Source: Vicinamibacteria bacterium (GTDB lineage: Bacteria > Acidobacteriota > Vicinamibacteria > Marinacidobacterales > Marinacidobacteraceae). Taken from it: a stretch of DNA of 64,000 bases. This document shows, one piece after another, positions 56,714 to 64,000 of the stretch; position 1 is the stretch's first letter, and every line of letters begins with the position of its first letter. Below the pieces are notes generated by a model, which saw only the letters and a program-made list of their open reading frames with translations, made no database searches and had not been told where the DNA came from. The position numbers and the translations under genes are program-made. The stretch is taken from positions 64,001 to 128,000 of the forward strand of contig OZ241322.1 of NCBI GenBank assembly GCA_965199715.1, given 5' to 3'.

Positions 56714-58846
56714 GTGGTCCTCCTGCTGCTGGCGCTCGCCCTCCAGCCGGACCCCGGCGCCGCGTTGCTGCAAGCCGCCGGCGACGGCGACGCGGCGGCG
56801 GTCCGGGAGCTGCTGGACGCGGGAGCGCCGGTCAACGCCGAGAACCGCTACGGCGCCACGCCGCTCTTCTTCGCGGCGGAGCGCGGCCACGTCGGGATCG
56901 TCCGGATGCTGCTGGACGCCGGCGCGGACGCCGCCCGGCGCGACCGGTTCTACCAGATGACGGCGCTGACCCGGGCGCTCGGGGCCGACCGCCGCGAGGC
57001 GGCGCTGCTGCTGATCGACCACGGCTCCGGCGAAGTCGGGTCGGCGCTGGTGTTCGCCGCGCGGGGCGGCGACGTCGAGCTTCTCGAGGCGGCGCTCGCG
57101 AACGGGACGTTCTTCCTCGAGGATCTGGAGGCGGCGCGGGACGCGGGCGTGGGCGCGATCCGGGAGCGTCTGGCGGCCGTCGTCGCCGAGCCGCGTCCGG
57201 TGGAGCCGGCGATCGCGCCCGGAGCGGTGGCCGGGCGGTACTTGCGCGAGGCCGACCGGGACGGCGTGCTGGTCCGGGCGGCCGGCGACGGGATCGAGGC
57301 CCGGTTCTTCACCGGCGAGGACGAGCCGGGCGAGCCGGTGCGGCTCGATCCGTCGGGCGAGCGCAGCTTCTCGGCCGAGGGACTGACGCTCGTCTTTCCC
57401 GGCCGCGGCGGCATGATCGAGCGGCTCGTCGTGGATCGCGGGGGGGAGATGCGCTCCTTCGAGCCGGTCGGCGAGCTGGAGGGGCGGGCGGAGGCGGACG
57501 TGGAGCCGGAGGAGGAGCGGGCGCCGGCGGCGGATCCGGTGGCTCCGCTGACGCCGGGACCGTGGCCGCAGTTCCGCGGGCCGCGCGGCTCGGGGATCGC
57601 CGACGGGCAGGGAACCCCGATCCGCTGGAGCGCCGAGACCGGCGAGGGGATCCGCTGGGAGGCCGAGCTTCCGGGGCTCGGCGTGTCCAGCCCGATCATC
57701 CATGGCGACCGGGTCTTCGCGGTGACCGCGGCGAGCGTGACCGGGGACACGGAGTTCCGGATCGGCCTCTACGGCGACGTCGCGCCGGTCGAGAACGAGA
57801 CCGAGCACGAGTTCGCGCTGCGGGCGCTCGATCTTTCGACCGGAGAGCCGCTCTGGACGACCGAGCTGCATCGGGGCGTCCCGAAGACGCTGCGGCACAC
57901 CAAGTCCAGCCAGGCGAACGCCACGCCGGCGACCGACGGCGAGCGGATCGTCACCGTGCTCGGCAGCGTCGGGCTCCTGTTCGCGCACGACCTCGACGGG
58001 AATCTGCTGTGGGAGCGGGACGTGGGGCCGCTGAACAGCGGCTGGTTCTACGACCCCGCGTTCCAGTGGGGGCACGCATCCTCCCCGGTGATCCACGAGG
58101 ACACGGTGATCCTGCTCGCCGACGTCCACGGCGACGCCTTCCTCGGGGCGTTCGACCTCGAGACCGGCGTGCCGGTCTGGCGCGCCGAGCGCAACGAGGT
58201 CTCGACGTTCTCCACGCCGCTCGTGCATGACGCGGGCGGCGCGCCGGAGGTCGTCGTCAACGGCACGGTCATCGCCGGCTACGACGCTTCCACGGGAGCC
58301 GAGCGCTGGCGGCTCGGCCCCAACTCGGAGATCCCGATCGGAGTGCCGCTCCGGGGCGACGGCCTCCTGTACGTGCAGGCCGGGTATCCGCCGGTCCGCC
58401 CGATCTACGCGATCCGTCCGGGGATGACCGGCGACCTCACGCTGCCCCTGGGCGAGGACGCGAGCGAGGCGATCGCGTGGAGCCACGACCGGGGCGGCGT
58501 GTACATCCCGTCGCCGCTGCTCTACCGGGGCGTCCTGTACCTGAACGCGAACAACGGCAGGCTCGCGGCCTACAGCGCCGAGACCGGGGAGCGCATCTAC
58601 CGCGCGCGCATCGGCGGCGTCGGCGGCTCGTATTCGGCCTCGCCCATCGCCGCCGACGGACGGCTGTACTTCACGTCCGAGGAGGGCGAGACCTTCGTGA
58701 TCCGCGCCGGACGCGAGTACGCGCTCCTCGCCCGGAACACCGTGGATCGGATCGTCATGGCGAGCCCGGCGGCGAGCGACGGGGTTCTGGTGATCCGGGC
58801 GATCGACCGGTTGTTCGGGATCTCCGGCGGGGACGCGCATCCTTGA
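56714..58846 (+). CDS. Ankyrin-repeat plus PQQ-like beta-propeller protein 7
   Basis: YGATPLFFAAERGHVGIVRMLLDAGAD ankyrin motif; WPQFRGP...SPAASDG propeller. Confidence 0.88.
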   Translation: MVLLLLALALQPDPGAALLQAAGDGDAAAVRELLDAGAPVNAENRYGATPLFFAAERGHVGIVRMLLDAGADAARRDRFYQMTALTRALGADRREAALLLIDHGSGEVGSALVFAARGGDVELLEAALANGTFFLEDLEAARDAGVGAIRERLAAVVAEPRPVEPAIAPGAVAGRYLREADRDGVLVRAAGDGIEARFFTGEDEPGEPVRLDPSGERSFSAEGLTLVFPGRGGMIERLVVDRGGEMRSFEPVGELEGRAEADVEPEEERAPAADPVAPLTPGPWPQFRGPRGSGIADGQGTPIRWSAETGEGIRWEAELPGLGVSSPIIHGDRVFAVTAASVTGDTEFRIGLYGDVAPVENETEHEFALRALDLSTGEPLWTTELHRGVPKTLRHTKSSQANATPATDGERIVTVLGSVGLLFAHDLDGNLLWERDVGPLNSGWFYDPAFQWGHASSPVIHEDTVILLADVHGDAFLGAFDLETGVPVWRAERNEVSTFSTPLVHDAGGAPEVVVNGTVIAGYDASTGAERWRLGPNSEIPIGVPLRGDGLLYVQAGYPPVRPIYAIRPGMTGDLTLPLGEDASEAIAWSHDRGGVYIPSPLLYRGVLYLNANNGRLAAYSAETGERIYRARIGGVGGSYSASPIAADGRLYFTSEEGETFVIRAGREYALLARNTVDRIVMASPAASDGVLVIRAIDRLFGISGGDAHP

Positions 58847-59769
58847 ACGACGCCGAATCGGACGCGCGCTACCTCTCGCTCGTCATCGATCCGGTGCGCC
58901 GGTGCGCGTCCCGCCCCGACGCGGTCTCGGCGACGCCGCAGCGATGGCGCCGCTGCCGGGAATTTCGAACGTCGAGCGCTGGTGGAACGAGCCGGAGCTC
59001 GCGTCCTGCGGCGGATGCTCGCCGCGATCCACGCCCACCCGCTCGACTCGGAGGGCGTCCGCGACCTGCTGCTCGTCGCGTTCTGCCGGACGATGATGGG
59101 TCTGTCCAACGCCGCGTTCCCCCACCAGTCGATGTCCTTCCGGGCGACGAACGGCGCGATGCGGACGCTGTTCGAGCGAAGCGTCGGGGAGCGCCATCGG
59201 GAGCGGTTCGAGCGGGATTTCGCGACGGTGCTGAAGGGCGCGACCGCTCCGCCCGGGGCCGGGGCGCGGACGGGTCGTCCTGGCGGACGCGCGATCGCCC
59301 GAATCCGCGTCCGGGGCCGACCTGCTCATCGCCTCGCCGCCGACCCGAATCGAATGTCCTACGTGCGGGAGCTTCGGCCCTGCATGTACTGGCTCGGATT
59401 CCTCGACAACCCCCGGCAGGCCGGAGAGCTTGATTGGAAGGCGATCGGCGGAACCTGGGGGGTCGCGACGAGCCGCTTGGCCTCGTGGGAAAGCAGCGGC
59501 GACGTCTTCCTGCCGCCGAGCCCGCCCGGCCTCCTCGGACGGATCGGAAACGGCGGAACCTCCGGCGGCGGTCTGTCGCGTTACGTCGGGAAGTGCTTCG
59601 AGGACGTCTGGCGACACATCGCCGCGACCTCGACCTGGATGCGCCCCGACGCGGACGGGACATGCTGCGCGAGGCCGGCGGGGACGACGTGACCGTGACC
59701 GCCATCAGGAAGCGCAACTCGAAGAAGGAGTTGTTCGAGTTCGCCGTGAGCGGTCGGGTGCCGCGATGA
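58843..59769 (+). pseudogene. Decayed amino-DNA-methyltransferase (restriction-modification) locus
   Basis: DLLIASPP/AC/PNRMSYVRELRP: motif IV SPPY broken by a 1-nt loss at about 59343. Fragments lie in several frames, ending IRKRNSKKELFEF. Confidence 0.7.
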
Positions 59770-59870
59770 ACCACCCGTTGGTCGAGGCCCTGCTGATCGT
59801 CGCCGTCGCGGTCGGGCTGCTCGGCTGGGCGACCTGGGAGTTCTTCAAGGAGGTTGCGTCGAACCGCTGA
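59766..59870 (+). CDS. Small single-TM hypothetical protein (34 aa)
   Basis: MNHPLVEALLIVAVAVGLLGWATWEFFKEVASNR; ATGA overlap with the preceding remnant; GC3-rich codons. Confidence 0.45.
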   Translation: MNHPLVEALLIVAVAVGLLGWATWEFFKEVASNR

Positions 59871-60259
59871 CCGCCGCTTCGTCCGTGCGTGGGGCCTCGT
59901 CGAGATCGGCCAACGCCACCCGGACGAAGGCGTCGGGGAGCGTCCCGGCGTTTGCGCACCGGGCGCGGCGGTGCGTGCCGTCGAGGCTGACCGAACAAGG
60001 GACCTGTCCGTCCGAACGACGCCGGATGAGTACCGACCGCCGGTGCCCGCCCGGCGCTTGGATCGTGACCTCCCCGTAGTGCGTCGGGTACGTTTCCAGT
60101 CGGCAAGGACGCAGTTGGTGCACCATCGGCAGCAGTCGCCGGGCGTTCGCCATCGCCCGACCGGAGGGCGCCGGGAATCCTTTCTTCCCGGGCCTCCGCC
60201 GGCGCGTCCTCGAGATCGGACAGCGCCGCTGCCAGATCGGGAGTCTCCACCGCATCCAC
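59845..60259 (-). pseudogene. Frameshifted hypothetical protein
   Basis: MDAVETPDLAAALSDLEDAPAEAREE continues plausibly in another frame as GFPAPSGRAMANARRLL...YPTHYGEVTIQAPGG...LPDAFVRVALADL. Confidence 0.5.
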
Positions 60260-60300
60260 GTCGGAAAACTAGCGAACCCCCCTTCGGGCATGATTCGGCG

Positions 60301-61665
60301 ATGCGCCCGACCCCGCTCCTCCTCCTCCTCCTCGCCGCCGCGTGCGGCCCCGCCGCCGTCCCCGAACCGGACCCGTACGGAGTCCCGGGCGCGAAGAAGC
60401 GGTTCGAGATCCGGCGCGACGTCGTCGTCGGCAAGCTGGAGGCGGCGCTCGGGCCGGCGATGCGTGCCCACGGGATCGATCTCTGGCTCGTGCTCGACCG
60501 GGAGAACAACTACGACCCGCTCCATGAGGAGGTCGGCGGCGGCTTCTCCGGCGTCCGGGGCGCGTACATCTTCCACGACCGGGGCGGGGATCGTCCCGAG
60601 CGCATCTACATCGGCTCGCACGAACATCCGGGCAACTCGGTGGTCGGGCAGGCGTTCGACGAGACGCTCTACTACGGCTACCACCCGGACGGGATCACGC
60701 CGCACCTGCGGGCGGCTATCGAGTCGCGGGACCCCGAACGGATCGGCGTGAACACGTCGCACACGCTCCCCGAAGCGGACGGGCTCACCGCGGGTCTCCG
60801 GAACTTCCTCGAGGACGCGCTCGGGCCGGAGTACGCGCCCCGCCTCGTCTCCGCCGAGCTTCTGGTCCGGGACTTCCGCCTCGCGCGCACCGAGGCCGAG
60901 ACCCGCGCCTACCGAAAGGCGCTCGAGTGGACCGCGCGCTGGATGACCGAGACGCTGCGGGAGATCGAGCCGGGGGTCACGACCGCCGAGGACGTGGCCT
61001 GGCGCCTGCAGGACCGCGCCCGGGAGCTCGGCCTCACCGGCGGCGGCACGGTCCGGGTGGTCCGGGAAGGGGAGCTGCTCCCGATCCACGATCCGGACGT
61101 CGCGCTCCAGCCGGGCGACGTCGTCGGGATCGACGGCGGGCTCAAGTACCTGCACTTCGCCGTGGACATCAAGCGGACCGCCTATCTCCTGAAACCCGGC
61201 GAGACCGAGCTTCCGCCCGCGCTCGCTTCGGCGTGGGAGGACACGGTTCGCTTCGGCGAGCGCTACGCCTCGATGATGCTTCCGGGAACGGTCGGCCACG
61301 AACTCTGGTCGGCGCTGGGCGCCGAGGCGACGGCCGCCGGATACCGCAGCGTGGGACCCGACGCGGGCGGCGATGCGGTCACGACCACCGACCCCGAGGT
61401 CGGCGTGTACGGGCACTCGGTCGGCAACGTCGCCCACGACATCGGCGCCCGCGTCGCCGACAACCTGCCGTTCGCCTACGGGGACCGCGTGGGCTTCTCG
61501 CTCGTCGCCGACGAGTGGGTCTCGATCGAGTTCCACATGAGCACGCCCATCCCCGATTGGGGCGGCCGGACGTGGTATGCCCGCTTCGAGGAGACCGCGC
61601 AGGTCACGCCGGAGGGCGCCGAGTGGCTCATCCCGTTCCAGCGCGAGATCCTCCTCGTACCGTGA
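60301..61665 (+). CDS. M24-family metallopeptidase lipoprotein
   Basis: Lipobox LAAAC; metal ligands IDGG, VDIKR, GHSVG, SIE and FEE. Confidence 0.85.
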   Translation: MRPTPLLLLLLAAACGPAAVPEPDPYGVPGAKKRFEIRRDVVVGKLEAALGPAMRAHGIDLWLVLDRENNYDPLHEEVGGGFSGVRGAYIFHDRGGDRPERIYIGSHEHPGNSVVGQAFDETLYYGYHPDGITPHLRAAIESRDPERIGVNTSHTLPEADGLTAGLRNFLEDALGPEYAPRLVSAELLVRDFRLARTEAETRAYRKALEWTARWMTETLREIEPGVTTAEDVAWRLQDRARELGLTGGGTVRVVREGELLPIHDPDVALQPGDVVGIDGGLKYLHFAVDIKRTAYLLKPGETELPPALASAWEDTVRFGERYASMMLPGTVGHELWSALGAEATAAGYRSVGPDAGGDAVTTTDPEVGVYGHSVGNVAHDIGARVADNLPFAYGDRVGFSLVADEWVSIEFHMSTPIPDWGGRTWYARFEETAQVTPEGAEWLIPFQREILLVP

Positions 61666-62705
61666 AGCCGGTCGGCTTCGGCCTGATCGGGACCGGCATG
61701 GCCGGGGGCTTCCACGCCGACGAGCTGCGCCACGTTCCGAACGGCTTCCTCGCCGCGGTCTGTTCGCGCAACGCGGAGAACGCCCGCCGCTTCGCCGAGG
61801 CCCACGGCGCCGCTCGCTGGCACACCGACTACCGGGCGCTCCTCGACGACCCCGCGGTCGAGGTCGCGGCCGTCCTGAGTCCGACCGGCCTCCACGCCGA
61901 GATGGCCCTCGCCGCCGCCGAGCGCGGCAAGCACGTACTCGTCGAGAAGCCGCTCGAGGCCACCGTCGAGGCGGGCGAGCGCCTCGTCCGGGGCTGCCGC
62001 GAGCGGGAGGCGCTCGTCGGGGTCATCTTCCAGATGCGCTTCGGGCGCGTCGCCCGGATGCTGCGGGCGCTCATCGGAAGCGGCGGGCTCGGCGAGATCT
62101 GGATGGCCGACGCCTTCGACAAGGCCAGCCGCCCGCCGTCGTACTACCGGCGCGCCGCGTGGCGGGGGACCGAGGCGCTCGAGGGCGGCGGCTGCCTGAT
62201 GACCCAGTCGATCCACATCGCGGACCTCCTCCAGCACCTCGTCGGGCCGGTGGCCTCGGTGGTCGGGCGCACCGCCACCCGCCGCCACGACGTCGAGGTC
62301 GAGGACATGGCTGCGGCGCTGCTGCGGTTCGGGTCGGGCGCGATGGGCGTGCTGGAGAGCACGACGGCGATTCGGCCGGCGCTGCGCTCGCGGATCGAGA
62401 TCCACGGCGAGCGGGGAACCGTCGTCGCGAACGCCCAATACGACCAGTTCCTAGTCTGGAACGTCGAGGGCGTTCCCGGGCCGCCCGGCGTTCCCGAGAG
62501 CGACGCGCTGGAGGACACCGACGACCCGTGGGCCTATCCGCAGACCCGCCACCGAGTCCAGCTCCAGGACATGGCCCAGGCGGTGCGCGACGGGCGCGAA
62601 CCGATCCTCAACGGCGAGGAGGCGCTCAAGTCGCTGCGCCTCGTGCAGGCGATCCGGGAGTCGGCGCGCGCCGGACGCGAGGTCTTCCTTCCGGGCCTAA
62701 ACTAG
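61662..62705 (+). CDS. Gfo/Idh/MocA family oxidoreductase
   Basis: GLIGTG, GKHVLVEKP, WRGT...GGG.LM.QSIH..D and EVED motifs. Confidence 0.92.
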   Translation: MKPVGFGLIGTGMAGGFHADELRHVPNGFLAAVCSRNAENARRFAEAHGAARWHTDYRALLDDPAVEVAAVLSPTGLHAEMALAAAERGKHVLVEKPLEATVEAGERLVRGCREREALVGVIFQMRFGRVARMLRALIGSGGLGEIWMADAFDKASRPPSYYRRAAWRGTEALEGGGCLMTQSIHIADLLQHLVGPVASVVGRTATRRHDVEVEDMAAALLRFGSGAMGVLESTTAIRPALRSRIEIHGERGTVVANAQYDQFLVWNVEGVPGPPGVPESDALEDTDDPWAYPQTRHRVQLQDMAQAVRDGREPILNGEEALKSLRLVQAIRESARAGREVFLPGLN

Positions 62706-62724
62706 CGGCGCGGAGGTTCTACTG

Positions 62725-64000
62725 ATGCGTTTTCTCGTTCTCGTCGCCGCGGCCGCCCTCCTTCTCGGGGCCGCTTCCGAAGACTGGCCCCACTGGCGGG
62801 GGCCCAACCACGACGGCGTGAGCGACGAGGTCGGCTTGCCGGTGTCGTGGGACACCGAGGACGGCGTGGTCTGGAAGGCCGAAATGCCGGCGTGGAGCGG
62901 CTCCACGCCGATCATCGCCGGCGACCGCATCTTCCTCAACGTCTCGGTTCCGGACGACGACGCGGGCGTGCCCGCAAACCCGTCGGGACGCCGCCCGAGG
63001 CGCCAGACCGGAGCCGGCAACGCGACGTACAGCGGGACGATCGAGCTCTGGGCGCTCTCCCGGACCGACGGCTCGCTCCTGTGGAAGCGGCCGCTGAGCG
63101 ACCGCGACTACCGGGGCCGCAAGAACAACATGTCGTCGCCCTCGCCGGTGACCGACTCCGAACGGGTCATCAGCCTCACCGGAACCGGGATCCTGAAGTC
63201 GTTCGACCACGACGGCGGCGAGCTCTGGTCGCGCGACATCCAGGCCGACTACGGCGACTTCGGGCTGAACTGGGGCTACGCGAGCAGCCCGCTTCTCGTC
63301 GGCGACGCGCTGTTCGTGCAGGTGCTCCACGGCATGAAGACGGACGATCCCTCCTACGTGATGCGGCTCGACGTCGGAACCGGCGAGACCGAATGGAAGA
63401 TCGAGCGCCCCACCGACGCGATTCACGAGTCCCCCGACTCCTACACGACCCCGTTCGTCCATGAGGTCGAAGGGCGCCGGGAGATCGTCATCACCGGCGG
63501 CGACGCGGTCACCGGGCACGACTTCGACACCGGCGAGGAGCTGTGGCGCTCGGACGGGCTCAACCCCGAGAACAACCGGGCCTACCGGATCGTGGCCTCG
63601 CCGGTCGTCAAGGACGGGATCATCTACGCGCCCACCCGGGTGAAGCCGCTGCTCGCGATCCGCACTGGCGGCGCCGGCGACATCACGGAAAGCCACCGCC
63701 TGTGGTCCTTCGACCGGGGTCCCGACGTCCCGAGCCCGGTCACCGACGGCAAGAGCTTCTACGTGGTCACCGACAACGGCGTCATGTACGCGCTCGACGC
63801 CCGCACCGGCGAGGTCCAGTGGGGCCCCGAGCGCATCGCGCCGGGCACCTATAGCGCGTCGCCGATCCTCGCCGAGGGCCGCATCTACATCATCAACGAG
63901 GACGGGGTGGCCTCGGTGATCTCGGTGGAGGACGGCTTCGAGGTGCTCGCGACGAACGACATGGGGGCCTACACCCTGAGCTCGTTCGCGATCTCCGGGG
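62725..64000 (+). CDS. Secreted PQQ-like beta-propeller protein 8 (3' end beyond the window)
   Basis: Manual translation MRFLVLVAAAALLLGAASEDWPHWRGP...GSTPII...SSPSPVTD...YSASPI. It is absent from the ORF track because it has no stop in the window. Confidence 0.88.
   Translation, partial: MRFLVLVAAAALLLGAASEDWPHWRGPNHDGVSDEVGLPVSWDTEDGVVWKAEMPAWSGSTPIIAGDRIFLNVSVPDDDAGVPANPSGRRPRRQTGAGNATYSGTIELWALSRTDGSLLWKRPLSDRDYRGRKNNMSSPSPVTDSERVISLTGTGILKSFDHDGGELWSRDIQADYGDFGLNWGYASSPLLVGDALFVQVLHGMKTDDPSYVMRLDVGTGETEWKIERPTDAIHESPDSYTTPFVHEVEGRREIVITGGDAVTGHDFDTGEELWRSDGLNPENNRAYRIVASPVVKDGIIYAPTRVKPLLAIRTGGAGDITESHRLWSFDRGPDVPSPVTDGKSFYVVTDNGVMYALDARTGEVQWGPERIAPGTYSASPILAEGRIYIINEDGVASVISVEDGFEVLATNDMGAYTLSSFAISG

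Overview
This is a very GC-rich, gene-dense bacterial chromosome segment. It is probably Acidobacteriota, inferred from the pilin type, the acidobacterial-style VWA protein and bshC; no database search was run. In order it holds: kdsC (partial) and pyrG; a type IV pilus locus (pilT, pilC, major pilin, ABC ATPase/permease/TPR trio, pilD, then pilV-pilX-pilY1-pilW); menG/ubiE; tatA-tatC with an S41 protease, a HEAT protein and a TPR protein; a catabolic operon built around a kinase-M23-aminotransferase III fusion; msrA, metH, a DAACS symporter, bshC, lepB, argS, a yitJ-like HMT/MTHFR and a VWA protein. A variable island follows (39.7-44.4 kb) with decayed defence-type ATPase genes, a mosaic FN3 lipoprotein and an orphan copy of a paralogous C-terminus. 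The last ~19 kb carry eight secreted PQQ/BamB-like beta-propeller paralogues, interleaved with an Fe-ADH, S9 and M24 peptidases, a Gfo/Idh/MocA oxidoreductase and a decayed methyltransferase locus. The best candidates for undescribed biology are (1) the beta-propeller/Fe-ADH array, (2) possible C-terminal cassette variation of the FN3 lipoprotein and (3) an ungapped promoter motif shared by the two pilus transcription units. Most long ORFs in the supplied track are shadow frames caused by high GC.
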